From Alphaproteobacteria bacterium (GTDB lineage: Bacteria; Pseudomonadota; Alphaproteobacteria; Bin95), in NCBI GenBank assembly GCA_965222315.1, contig OZ244951.1, forward strand, positions 962,407 to 1,026,406: a stretch of DNA of 64,000 nucleotides. Direction: 5' to 3'. This document shows, piece by piece, positions 9,446 to 18,784 of the stretch (position 1 is the stretch's first letter; every line of letters starts with the position of its first letter). A program made the translations under genes and the position numbers. The notes beneath the pieces were generated by a model. That model had not been told where the DNA came from and ran no database searches. It saw nothing but the letters and a program-made list of their open reading frames with translations.

Positions 9446-9879
9446 TCTTTGTCACCTCCGCTTGACTAAAGATAAAACACTACTTGAAAAAGCGAGTGCC
9501 CAACAAACGAGCGTACTCTGAGCATCGACTATATACAGCAAAGGAAGCATCGGTGAAAAGTCGATTAATGTCATTAATGTCAGTTGCAGTAAGAAAATTT
9601 ACCGTCGCGGCGGCGCAAAAATGGATTATTCTGCGGGCTTCAACTGGGCACCCGCATTAACCATGTCTGGTAGCGACTTTGCCGGTAACATTCGCCGTTG
9701 AGGAATATGGGTAGGTCAGATCGGTCAGTTTGGAACGCTTCAAGCGTTTGTTTGGTGTTGTCAGGCTAACTGGTTGGTGCTCGGTGCGAGGTTGCGATAT
9801 CAATCGGCATGCGCCAGATCCCCTATAGCCGCCATCGCTTTCCCCCTGCCAGTATCCGGCATGTTGTCTGGCTCTACTT

Positions 9880-10670
9880 CCGCTTCGCACTCAGCGACCG
9901 GACGTAGAGGATCTGTTGGTCGAACGAGGGATTGATGTCTCTTGCGAAACCGTGCGCTGCTGGGTGCTCGAGTTCGGTCGTGCCTACGCAGGCCGGATCC
10001 GGCATAACCGCCCAAAACCATCGGATCGCTGACATCTGGATGAGGTGTTCATCCGTGTCGTGGGACGGACCCAGTATCTCTGGCGGGCGGTCGATGATGA
10101 GGGCGAGGTGCACGACATCATCGTCCAGCCGCGCCGGGACCGGAAAGCGGCTCTCTAGCTGTTGCGGAACTTATTGAAGCGTCAGGGATATGTGCCCGAT
10201 GCCATCGTCACTGATCGCCTTCGCTCCTATGGTGCCGCCCTGCGTATCCTCGGACTGACCGACCACCACGTCACGGTTGGGCGCTCGAACAATGGGGCCG
10301 GGGTTTCGCACCAGCCGACCCGACAAAGGGAGCGCCAGCGCCGGAACTTCCGACCGCTAGGCTCAGCCCAACAATTCCTTGCCGTCCATGCCGCTATCTA
10401 CAACCTGTTCAACATCCAACGCCATCTGATCTCACGCCGAACTTTGAAGACCTTCTGAGCCGCCGCCTTTGCCAGGTGCCAGGACACCGTTATGGCCTGA
10501 GTGGCCGCAAGAAACGTCCTTCGCTCGATCTGAAGGCGTTAACGTGTCAAAACCCGTGACGCTATCCGTCAGGCTGGATGCGACGCCGGGAACATGCTTA
10601 TAGCCTCGCCCAATACTATACGGTCCATCGCGTCGCGCGGCTGGGCTCATGTGGGTCGGTAACCAGTGCC
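9880..10670 (+). mobile_element. Degenerate IS6-family insertion sequence remnant (~0.8 kb). The transposase is N-terminally truncated and has two in-frame stops (TGA ~10027, TAG ~10156).
   Basis: A single reading frame gives ..YVEDLLVERGIDVSCETVRCWVLEF..HLDEVFIRVVGRTQYLWRAVDDEGEVHDIIVQPRRDRKAAL*LLRNLLKRQGYVPDAIVTDRLRSYGAA..HQPTRQRERQRRNFRPLGSAQQFLAVHAAIYNLFN. This matches the IS26/IS6100 transposase architecture. Possible terminal repeat GGCTCT at ~9880, and AACCAGTGCC (IS26 IRR-like) at ~10661-10670. Confidence 0.6.
9905..10458 (+). pseudogene. IS6-family transposase pseudogene. The track ORFs 9932-10177 and 10162-10458 are fragments of it.
   Basis: See the mobile_element call above. The DDE-region motifs are conserved but interrupted by stops. 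Confidence 0.6.
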
Positions 10671-10905
10671 ATTAGTATAACACGGATACATTAAATACGT
10701 AGTAGTCCAAAAATTGTTTCAGTCTATGCCTGCCTCAGGTGCGGATTGTCGTCATGTCTTTTCGGCATCGCGTTTTTCACATTGATTTGGCGTTTGAGTC
10801 GGGACTAGGCTGAATCTCAGAAGAACTACTCGGACCCGGCTTTCTAGCGGAAGGTTGAGAGGTGATTGGATAGCCTCATCGACGTCTGAAAGGCTGAATG
10901 CGTAG

Positions 10906-10921
10906 GGCTCTTCAGAGCCCG
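10906..10921. promoter_or_regulatory. Perfect small hairpin/palindrome GGGCTC-TTCA-GAGCCC, ~20 nt upstream of the sheath-gene GTG/ATG, inside the AT-richer 10.46-10.94 kb leader of the eCIS operon.
   Basis: Read directly from the sequence. The position suggests a 5'UTR structure or an operator. Confidence 0.2.
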
Positions 10922-10977
10922 TTAGAAGCGCTCATGTTTCGGTGGCATGCGCGCTGGAAGCCAAGGAGCGCTTTGCT

Positions 10978-13275
10978 ATGGCAGTCGCAGTTTCATATCC
11001 GGGCGTCTATATCCAAGAGGTACCCAGTGGCTCGCGGGCCATTGCCGGGGTTCCGACATCGGTCGCCGCCTTTGTCGGCTACACGGCGCGGGGCGCGGTT
11101 AACGATGCGACCCAGATATTCTCGTTTGCCGATTTCGAGCGGCGCTTTGGCGGCCTGAGCCTTGACAGCGACCTCAGCTATACCGTGAACCATTTCTTTC
11201 TGAATGGCGGCGCGACGGCCTATATCGTAAGGGTCGCCTCAGGCGCTTCGGCGGCATCCGTAGGGTTGCTGACTGCACCCGGGGGCACGCTCACCCTGAC
11301 GGCGTCAGCCAAGTCCGAAGGGCAGTGGGGCAATGCGCTGCTGCTGAGCGTTGACTATGCAACGTCAAACCCGGCGAGCTTGTTCAACCTGACCGTCCGC
11401 GAGTTGGTGGAACGCAGCGGCCGCTTGGTCGAAGCCCGGGTCGAGACCCACCGCAATCTCTCGATGAACGCCTTCTCCGGCAATTATGCGGTGGATGCCG
11501 TTAGCGCGGCCTCAGACCTGATCGAACTGACCAACGAGGGCGCGGCCATCAACGGGCGCGGCGAATCCCGTAGCGGTGATCTGCTGGCCCTGCCGGCCGC
11601 GCTCGGCGACGATGTCCGGCGGCTCGCGGTTTCTCTGGACGGCGGATCGTTCTACGAGTTCGACATTTTCGATGCAGGCGCGCTGCCAGCCGATCTGCCT
11701 ACGCTCGCCGGAGCTATCCAAACCCGTGTGCGGGGGCTTGAGCCCGGAAACGGCGCATTCGACAATTTCGACTGTGATATCGACAGCAACCAGATCCGCG
11801 CGCGCTCCGGCACCAGCAACGACCAGCGTTCGTCGGTCACTTTTGCGCCTGCCTCGATCCGCAGCGCGGCGGCGGCGCTGACGCTGGGCCTCGCCCACGG
11901 CGGACGGGAGACGTCTGCCGCGGCTTCTGTCCGGCCTGCCGTCACCGGCACGGCGAGTGACCGCATCCCAGATTTCGCGGCCCTGGTGTTCGCCGATCCG
12001 GAGCAAATGACGGTCAATCTGATCGATTCAGGCGGCACGACCCTCGCGAGCGAAACTGTAACGTTGCAGGACACGGGCGCGGCGACCCCGGTCAACGCGC
12101 CAACCACCTTGGATGAAGCCCGCTCCGCCATAGAGGCGGCGATGCGCGCCAGCAGCAACCCGTCCTTCTCGCAAGCGCGGGTGAGTGTCATCGACCGGAC
12201 GCTCTACATAGTACCAGGCGGCGATACAGCCTCGAACCGGTTCGAATTTACCGGCGCGGGTGCAGCGACTCTGACCCTTTCCAACGGCACTGGCGGCGTC
12301 CCCAATGTGGCGGCCTTTCAACTCGGCACCGGCCCGACGGTTCAGGCGCAGCAGGCAGGCACGCCCGGCAATGATGGCTCCCCGCCAAGTCCGGTTGAAA
12401 TTCAGGGCTCGCGGGCGGCCAAAACCGGCCTCTTTGCCCTCGAAGACGCGGATCTGTTCAATATGCTGAACATTCCCGGCCTTTCCGACGCCGGCGTCCT
12501 CGCAACCGCGATCAGCTACGCCGAAGAGCGCCGGTCGATGATCCTGATTGATATGCCGTCGACAGTTAACGATTTCGATGAGGCGCGGGACTGGATCAAC
12601 GATCCGGCGAATGCCGGGCTCCGCCACCGCAACGCCGTGAGCTATTTCCCACGGGTGCGGCTCGCCGATCCATTGCAGGGCAACCGCCTGCGCACCTTCG
12701 CCAATGCCGGGTTGATGGCAGGGCTCTATGCCCGCACGGATGCCGCGCGCGGCGTCTGGAAAGCACCGGCTGGGATCGAAGCACGGTTGCGCGGGGTGCA
12801 GGCGCTGGAATATGTGCTGAGCGATCCGGAAAACGGCGTTCTGAACCCGCTCGGCCTGAACTGCCTCCGCACCTTCCCCGTGACGGGCTCCGTCAGTTGG
12901 GGCGCGCGTACCATGGTCGGGGCGGACGCCCTGGCGAGTGAGTGGAAATATGTTCCGGTCCGCCGCATCGCGCTCTTCATCGAAGAAAGCCTCTACCGCG
13001 GCACCCAGTTCGTCGTGTTTGAGCCGAATGACGAGCCGTTGTGGGCGCAAATTCGGCTTTCGGTCGGCGCCTTCATGAACAACCTGTTCCGCCAGGGCGC
13101 GTTCCAGGGCTCTACCCCGCAGGAAGCCTATTTCGTGCGCTGCGACAGTTCGACGACGACCCAGGCCGACATTGACCTGGGCATCGTCAACATCGCCGTA
13201 GGCTTCGCGCCGCTGAAACCGGCTGAGTTTGTCGTCATTCAAATCCAACAACTTGCCGGGCAAAGCCAGGCTTAA
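10978..13275 (+). CDS. eCIS/phage contractile tail sheath protein (766 aa). ATG 10978 is preceded by AAGGAG; the track ORF starts at GTG 10942.
   Basis: Hallmark N-terminus VSYPGVYIQEVPSGSRAIAGVPTSVAAFVGYTARG of the contractile sheath (Afp2-4/Pvc2-4/T4 gp18 family). The C-terminal conserved sheath core is present. Confidence 0.85.
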   Translation: MAVAVSYPGVYIQEVPSGSRAIAGVPTSVAAFVGYTARGAVNDATQIFSFADFERRFGGLSLDSDLSYTVNHFFLNGGATAYIVRVASGASAASVGLLTAPGGTLTLTASAKSEGQWGNALLLSVDYATSNPASLFNLTVRELVERSGRLVEARVETHRNLSMNAFSGNYAVDAVSAASDLIELTNEGAAINGRGESRSGDLLALPAALGDDVRRLAVSLDGGSFYEFDIFDAGALPADLPTLAGAIQTRVRGLEPGNGAFDNFDCDIDSNQIRARSGTSNDQRSSVTFAPASIRSAAAALTLGLAHGGRETSAAASVRPAVTGTASDRIPDFAALVFADPEQMTVNLIDSGGTTLASETVTLQDTGAATPVNAPTTLDEARSAIEAAMRASSNPSFSQARVSVIDRTLYIVPGGDTASNRFEFTGAGAATLTLSNGTGGVPNVAAFQLGTGPTVQAQQAGTPGNDGSPPSPVEIQGSRAAKTGLFALEDADLFNMLNIPGLSDAGVLATAISYAEERRSMILIDMPSTVNDFDEARDWINDPANAGLRHRNAVSYFPRVRLADPLQGNRLRTFANAGLMAGLYARTDAARGVWKAPAGIEARLRGVQALEYVLSDPENGVLNPLGLNCLRTFPVTGSVSWGARTMVGADALASEWKYVPVRRIALFIEESLYRGTQFVVFEPNDEPLWAQIRLSVGAFMNNLFRQGAFQGSTPQEAYFVRCDSSTTTQADIDLGIVNIAVGFAPLKPAEFVVIQIQQLAGQSQA

Positions 13276-13297
13276 CCACGCGAAGGAGGGCACCGTC

Positions 13298-13813
13298 ATG
13301 GCCGAATTCAGCGTTAACCCGCAGCGCTTCGACCCCTACAAAAACTTTAAGTTCCGCGTGCGCTGGGATGGCCGGTTTGTCGCCGGAGTCTCCAAGGTCG
13401 GCGCACTGAAGCGCACGACGGAAGTCGTGGAGCATCGCGTCGGCGGTGACAGCTCGACCAGCCGCAAATCCCCCGGGCGCTCCAAGTTCGAACCGATTAT
13501 GCTGGAGCGCGGCGTCACCCACGACGCCGACTTTGAGGCCTGGGCCAACCTCGTTTGGAATGTCGAAGCGGGATTGGGGGCGGAAGTCTCGCTCGCGAAC
13601 TTCCGCAAAGACATCATCATCGAGATGTATAACGAGGCCGGCCAACTCGCGATTGCCTACAAGGTGTTCCGCTGCTGGGTCTCGGAATTCCAGGCTCTGC
13701 CGGAATTGGACGCTAATGCGAATGCCGTCGCCATTCAGTCAATCAAACTCGAAAATGAGGGCTGGATTCGCGATACCGAGGTGGCCGAGCCAACCGAGCC
13801 GACGCTTGGTTAG
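13298..13813 (+). CDS. eCIS inner tube protein (T4 gp19/Afp1-like, 172 aa). Start at ATG 13298 after GAAGGAGGG.
   Basis: MAEFSVNPQRFDPYKNFKFRVRWDGRFVAGVSKVGAL.. matches the conserved N-terminal strand pattern of the tube family. It sits immediately after the sheath. Confidence 0.75.
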   Translation: MAEFSVNPQRFDPYKNFKFRVRWDGRFVAGVSKVGALKRTTEVVEHRVGGDSSTSRKSPGRSKFEPIMLERGVTHDADFEAWANLVWNVEAGLGAEVSLANFRKDIIIEMYNEAGQLAIAYKVFRCWVSEFQALPELDANANAVAIQSIKLENEGWIRDTEVAEPTEPTLG

Positions 13814-13844
13814 GCCGGGCGCTGGAGCCGAATGGAGGTGAACC

Positions 13845-14537
13845 ATGACCTCTACCCTCTCGCCTGCCGCACTGCTCCAGGCTTGGGAAACCGCTGAAGG
13901 ACGAAGCACCATCGACCGGCCGCTGGTTCTGCTGTGGGCGGCGGGCGGCGGTGCTGATTTGGCCGATCGCCCCTTGGTGGAGCGCGACCGGGCGCTGCTG
14001 GCGCTCCGCCGGGCGACGTTCGGGGATGAGATGGTCTGCGTGACCGACTGCCCGGCCTGTGGTGAACGCCTGGAGATGGCTGTATCAGCCGCCGCCTTGG
14101 TCGATGCCCTGCCTGCGGCGGAGCCTGAAGTGCTGATGGCGGCGGGCCAAAGTGTGACGGTGCGACCGTTCTCCAGCCGCGACGTGGCCTTGGCCGCTTC
14201 AGATGCGGACGATTCGGAAACCGCCCTGGTGCGGCTTGCCTCCACGTGTGAGGGCGAGCCGTGGCAAGCGGCGCTCGCCTTGGCGGCAGAGCGCTTGCAG
14301 GAAATCCAGGCGGCCGCCGAATTGCGCTTCACGCTGACATGCGGGGCATGCGGCGAGGTTTGGACAGAGGTGCTGGACGTTGCTGCCTATGTCTGGGCGG
14401 AAGTGAGGACCGCCGCCTACCGCCTGTTGGGTGAGGTGGCGGAGATCGCAAGGGCGCTCGGCTGGTCAGAACGGGAGATTCTGGCTTTGAGCCCGGCCCG
14501 CCGCGCCGCCTATCTCCAGATTGCGAGAAGCGGATGA
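13845..14537 (+). CDS. eCIS-associated hypothetical protein (230 aa). It contains CxxC...CxxC pairs (CPACGERLE; CGACGEV), suggesting a zinc-ribbon.
   Basis: RBS GGAGGTG. Translationally coupled to downstream genes (ATGA overlap at 14534). Two CxxC motifs seen directly. Confidence 0.45.
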   Translation: MTSTLSPAALLQAWETAEGRSTIDRPLVLLWAAGGGADLADRPLVERDRALLALRRATFGDEMVCVTDCPACGERLEMAVSAAALVDALPAAEPEVLMAAGQSVTVRPFSSRDVALAASDADDSETALVRLASTCEGEPWQAALALAAERLQEIQAAAELRFTLTCGACGEVWTEVLDVAAYVWAEVRTAAYRLLGEVAEIARALGWSEREILALSPARRAAYLQIARSG

Positions 14538-15277
14538 CGAATCCTCTCGTCAATCTGATCGCCCGTGTCACCGGCCAGGCCGAGCCCCGCCTTCGCCCGC
14601 GCATCGCCTCGCGCTTTGAGGGCGGTGCGATGGCGGGCGAAGGCTTCCAGGAAGTGGCGGGCGAGCAGATTGTCCGCGCCCCGGAAACGCCAGCGCCTTC
14701 AATCGCTCCCCGGCCGCCCCAGCAACCGGCGCCAGCCGCCGAAACGATTGCTACCCAGCAGGGGAACACGGCAGCGCCTGTCGGGCAGCACGAACCCATC
14801 TTTCAGACATCAATCCGGGTAGAGCAGGAGGTTCCTGCTGCCCTGGTGCGCTCAACCGGAACCGCCACTCCGCCACCGCCCTTGATGCCGGAGGTTACGT
14901 CCTCCCCGGAAAACCATCACGAGACGGCACGGGAACCGGCTCTACCAGCGAGCCCGTTTGAGCCGGAGCAGGGGCCTCTATCGCAAGAGCCTCCCGAGCC
15001 CTTGCTCCCCCTGGAACCTCGGAAATTTGAACAAGGCCCGCCACAGCCTGCGCCGGATAGCGAGCCTTTCGCAGGGCTCTCCGCCCCCCAACCCAGCCGC
15101 CAACAGTCGGCAGCCTCCGGTGCCGTGCAGAACGAGCCACCGGAAATCGTCATCAATATTGGCCGTATTGACCTCCGTTCCCCGCCAGCCGCGCCGCCCG
15201 CGCCTCGCCCGCGCCCGCAGCGGCCCAAAACGACCGATCTCGGCGACTATCTGCGCGGCAAGGGGGGCAAGCGATGA
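14534..15277 (+). CDS. Pro/Ala/Gln-rich low-complexity protein (247 aa). Candidate tail-length tape-measure-like (Afp14 analog) or disordered scaffold.
   Basis: 4-nt start/stop overlaps on both sides. Extreme Pro/Glu/Gln content. Position upstream of the DUF4255 and ATPase genes, as for Afp14. Confidence 0.35.
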   Translation: MTNPLVNLIARVTGQAEPRLRPRIASRFEGGAMAGEGFQEVAGEQIVRAPETPAPSIAPRPPQQPAPAAETIATQQGNTAAPVGQHEPIFQTSIRVEQEVPAALVRSTGTATPPPPLMPEVTSSPENHHETAREPALPASPFEPEQGPLSQEPPEPLLPLEPRKFEQGPPQPAPDSEPFAGLSAPQPSRQQSAASGAVQNEPPEIVINIGRIDLRSPPAAPPAPRPRPQRPKTTDLGDYLRGKGGKR

Positions 15278-16611
15278 GCAACGTGCTTGCGATTGCGGCG
15301 GTGACCCAGTTGCTGAAGGACATGCTGAACGATGCCATGATCAATGGCGAGGTGAGTCAGGTGATGGGCGCGGATTTCGCCGTGACCGCGCTCCCGCCCG
15401 ACCGGGTGGTGAACGACCAGGCCGATCAGCAGCAGCCGACCCTGAACGTGTTTCTGCACCGCATCACGCCGAACGCGGCGCTCCAGCAGGATGACTTCCC
15501 GACCCGGGACAGCTCCGGCAGGCTAATCCGGCGGCCGCGGCTCGCGCTCAACCTGCATTATATGCTGACGGCCATCGGGGCTGACGAGCTTCAGGCGGAG
15601 ATCCTGCTCGGCTACGCCATGCAGATGTTTCACGAAACGCCGATCCTGGGCCGCGAGCAAATCCGAAGCGCGCTGCAACTCGCCGGCCCGCCCGATGACT
15701 TGCTGCCAGACAATCTGGGCTTGGTTCAGGCCGCCGCCCTCGCCGATCAGGCGGAACTCATCAAGATCACGCCGCATACGCTGTCCATGGACGATATGTC
15801 GAAGATGTGGACAGCGTTGCAGGCCCGCTACCGCACTACGGTCGCCTATGACGTGTCCCTGGTGCTGATCGAGCGTGAACTGCCGACCCGCCCGACCCTG
15901 CCGGTCCTCAGCCGCGGCGGCCTGCCGGACCCAGTAACGGGCCGCGACCCCGGCGTGCTGGTCCAGCCTAACCTGAATGCAACCGCGCCCTGCCTGCTTT
16001 CCATTGAGCCGCTGGACGGCCAGCCGGTGATGCGCCTCGGCGGGCAGGTGGCCCTGACCGGCGTCGGCTTCACCCGTGGCGATGCCCGCGTTCTTTTCAC
16101 CGAGCCCGGCACCGGCAGCGTGCTCGAACTCGCCCCGTTGGCCCCGGCAACCGACCGGCGGTTGGTCGTGCAACTGCCCGCGGGGCCGCCGCTCGCGGGC
16201 GCGCATCCGCTCGCCAACAGCGCCGCGGATCCGGGTGCATGGCGCATCGGGCCGTTTCACATAGAGGTGCGTCTGACTGAGCCCGATGGCCGCGAAACCC
16301 TGACCAACGCCCTGCCAGCCGCACTAGCGCCCGCAGCGGTACCCATGGCTGCGCCGGACCCCGGCGGCACCCTCATCACCATCGATACCGAGCCGCGCAT
16401 CCGCGCCGGTCAGCGCGTTGCCATCATCGTCGGGGGGGAGATGCAATTGCTGACTTCCCCCGGCGCACCGGCGGCGCAGGTGCAGGCGGTCTTTGCGGGC
16501 CTGCCATCCGGGGTTTCCCTGCCGATCCGCCTGCGGGTGGATGATGTCGATAGTCCGGTGATTGACCGCAGCACCGATCCGCCGAGCCTGATTACGGTGG
16601 CGATCCCATGA
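15274..16611 (+). CDS. DUF4255-type eCIS tail terminator/cap-like protein (Afp16/Pvc16 analog, 445 aa).
   Basis: N-terminus MSNVLAIAAVTQLLKDMLNDAM matches the conserved start of DUF4255 proteins found in eCIS loci. It is directly upstream of the AAA+ ATPase. Confidence 0.55.
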   Translation: MSNVLAIAAVTQLLKDMLNDAMINGEVSQVMGADFAVTALPPDRVVNDQADQQQPTLNVFLHRITPNAALQQDDFPTRDSSGRLIRRPRLALNLHYMLTAIGADELQAEILLGYAMQMFHETPILGREQIRSALQLAGPPDDLLPDNLGLVQAAALADQAELIKITPHTLSMDDMSKMWTALQARYRTTVAYDVSLVLIERELPTRPTLPVLSRGGLPDPVTGRDPGVLVQPNLNATAPCLLSIEPLDGQPVMRLGGQVALTGVGFTRGDARVLFTEPGTGSVLELAPLAPATDRRLVVQLPAGPPLAGAHPLANSAADPGAWRIGPFHIEVRLTEPDGRETLTNALPAALAPAAVPMAAPDPGGTLITIDTEPRIRAGQRVAIIVGGEMQLLTSPGAPAAQVQAVFAGLPSGVSLPIRLRVDDVDSPVIDRSTDPPSLITVAIP

Positions 16612-18533
16612 ACCAACCTGCCGCCTTCGAACCTCGACCATCTGCAACCGGGCGCATGCGCCAGGCGATGGCGGCGGCGGTTGCTGACCTTGGCGAGCGA
16701 TTGGCCGCCTTGTCGACTGGCGAGGAGCCGCAGCCCAAAGACGTGGCCCGCGATCTGGACTCACCGCTTTCCATGCTGGCGGACCTTTTCGGTCTGAATG
16801 GGGCGGAGCAGACCATGCTGCTGCTCGCCGCTGCGGCGGAACTGGAGCCACGCCTTTCCGACCAGATCCGTGCCATTTGCGGCAGCGAGCGCCCGGATGC
16901 CGGCCTCGCCCTGGCGCTAACGGCGGAGGAGGGGTGGGAGGCGCTCTGCCCGGAAGCGCCCCTGCGGCGCTGGCGGCTGGTCGAGCTTGTCGGCAACGGC
17001 CCGATGCTGCGGCGCTCGCTGGTGCTGGACGAGCGCATCACGCATTTTCTGATGGGCATTAACTATTGCGACGGGCGGCTGGAAGGAGTGGTCCGGCTGA
17101 TCGAACCCTCCCGACGCATCGGCGAACGGGAGCAGGCAGCCGCCGGCGCCATCACCGCCGCGTGGGATGAAACCGGCTGCCCGCTGACGGTCATCTTGCT
17201 GGCCAGTCCCGACCGCATCGCAAACCGCGAGGTAGCGGCTCACGGCGCCCGTGGTCTCCGCCTGCGTCTGCTGGCGATCGACGCCGCCGATATTCCGGGC
17301 GACCCGGCGGCGAGGCATGGCTTTGCGGTCCTTCTGGAGCGCGAACTGGTGCTCTCCGGCGCTGCGGCCTTCATTGAAGTTTCCGATGCGGCCGCCGCCC
17401 CGCAAGCCCAGCGTCTGGCCGACAGCCTGCAGGGGCCAACAATACTGGCAGGCGGCGATCCCCCGTTGCCCGCGCGTAGCCCCCGCCGCCGCATCGACCT
17501 TGCCGCGCCGGATCGGTTCGAGCGCCGGGCGTTTTGGCAGGATGCCCTCGGCATTCAGGCGCATGCGCTGGGGCCGGGTCTCGACCGGCTGGCGGAGCAG
17601 TTTGCGCTGGACAGGGGCGGGATCACGGCTACCGTCGAGAGTGCCGTCAATAGCGCGCCCGTCCCGCCGGAAAAGCTGCTGGGTAGCCTCTGGCAGGCGG
17701 CTCGGGTGCAGGGGCGCCGCCATCTGGACAGCCTTGCGAGCCGGATCGAAAGCCGTGCTACCTGGGATGACCTGGTGCTGCCCGCCGAGCCGATGGCGCA
17801 ACTGCGCGATTTGGCGGGGCATGTCCGTGAGTCCTGGCGTGTCCACCAGGAATGGGGCTGGGCCGCGAAGAGTGACCGCGGCCTGGGGGCGGCGGCGCTT
17901 TTCGCCGGGGCCTCCGGCACGGGCAAGACCCTGGCGGCAGAGGTGCTGGCCGGCGAATTGCAGCTCGATCTCTATCGCATCGACCTCAGCCAGGTGATCA
18001 GCAAATATATCGGCGAGACAGAAAAGAACCTTGCCCGCATTTTCGCGGCGGCGGAGGACGGCGGCGCAATCCTGCTGTTCGACGAAGCTGACGCCCTTTT
18101 CGGCAAGCGGAGCGAGGTGAAGGACAGCCACGACCGCTACGCCAACGTTGAAGTCTCCTACCTCCTCCAGCAGATGGAAGCCTACCGTGGCCTGGCGATC
18201 CTCACCACGAACCTGAAGAGCGCGGTCGATACCGCATTCCTTCGACGGCTGCGGTATGTGGTGAACTTTCCGTTCCCAGATGCTGCGGCGCGAGCCGCGA
18301 TCTGGGCGCGGATCTTCCCGCCTCAAACCCCTCTGGACCGTGTTGAGCCTGCACAGCTTGCCCGGCTGAGCATTACCGGTGGCGCAATCCGCTCCATCGC
18401 TTTGAATGCCGCATTCCTCGCCGCCGCCGATGCCAAAGCGGTAGCGTCCGCTCACATTCTGACCGCGGCAAGGCGCGAATACGCGAAGCTGGAGAAGCCC
18501 TTCACCCAGGCGGAGCAGGGGGCCTTCCGATGA
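16608..18533 (+). CDS. eCIS AAA+ ATPase (Afp15/Pvc15-like, 641 aa).
   Basis: Walker A GASGTGKTLAAEVLA. Walker B ILLFDEADALFGKR. Sensor/arginine finger region. Single C-terminal AAA module with a long N-terminal domain, typical of the eCIS ATPase. Confidence 0.85.
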   Translation: MNQPAAFEPRPSATGRMRQAMAAAVADLGERLAALSTGEEPQPKDVARDLDSPLSMLADLFGLNGAEQTMLLLAAAAELEPRLSDQIRAICGSERPDAGLALALTAEEGWEALCPEAPLRRWRLVELVGNGPMLRRSLVLDERITHFLMGINYCDGRLEGVVRLIEPSRRIGEREQAAAGAITAAWDETGCPLTVILLASPDRIANREVAAHGARGLRLRLLAIDAADIPGDPAARHGFAVLLERELVLSGAAAFIEVSDAAAAPQAQRLADSLQGPTILAGGDPPLPARSPRRRIDLAAPDRFERRAFWQDALGIQAHALGPGLDRLAEQFALDRGGITATVESAVNSAPVPPEKLLGSLWQAARVQGRRHLDSLASRIESRATWDDLVLPAEPMAQLRDLAGHVRESWRVHQEWGWAAKSDRGLGAAALFAGASGTGKTLAAEVLAGELQLDLYRIDLSQVISKYIGETEKNLARIFAAAEDGGAILLFDEADALFGKRSEVKDSHDRYANVEVSYLLQQMEAYRGLAILTTNLKSAVDTAFLRRLRYVVNFPFPDAAARAAIWARIFPPQTPLDRVEPAQLARLSITGGAIRSIALNAAFLAAADAKAVASAHILTAARREYAKLEKPFTQAEQGAFR

Positions 18534-18784
18534 GCCGTCAGCGCGTGACACTGCATATCGATCGCATCGTTATCGACGGGCCGCACATGTCCCGCGCCGC
18601 CCTGGCGGACGTAATTTTGGCGGAATTGCAGCGTGCGCTGTCAGCGCCCGGCGCGCTGGATGCCTTGAAGGGGGCCGGGTCCGTGCCGCGGGTTAACGCG
18701 GGCGAAGTGCGCCCCGCCAATTCGGGTCCCACGGGTCTCGGCACCGCCATCGCCCACGCAACCATGGGAGCGTTGAAGCGATGA
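18530..18784 (+). CDS. Small hypothetical protein (84 aa) translationally coupled between the ATPase and the first cargo candidate. Possible adaptor/chaperone.
   Basis: ATGA overlaps at both ends. No recognisable motif. Confidence 0.35.
   Translation: MSRQRVTLHIDRIVIDGPHMSRAALADVILAELQRALSAPGALDALKGAGSVPRVNAGEVRPANSGPTGLGTAIAHATMGALKR

Noticed and set aside
10898-11193. Small ORFs overlapping the sheath gene start on both strands.
   Set aside because: They lie inside, or antisense to, the strongly supported sheath gene.
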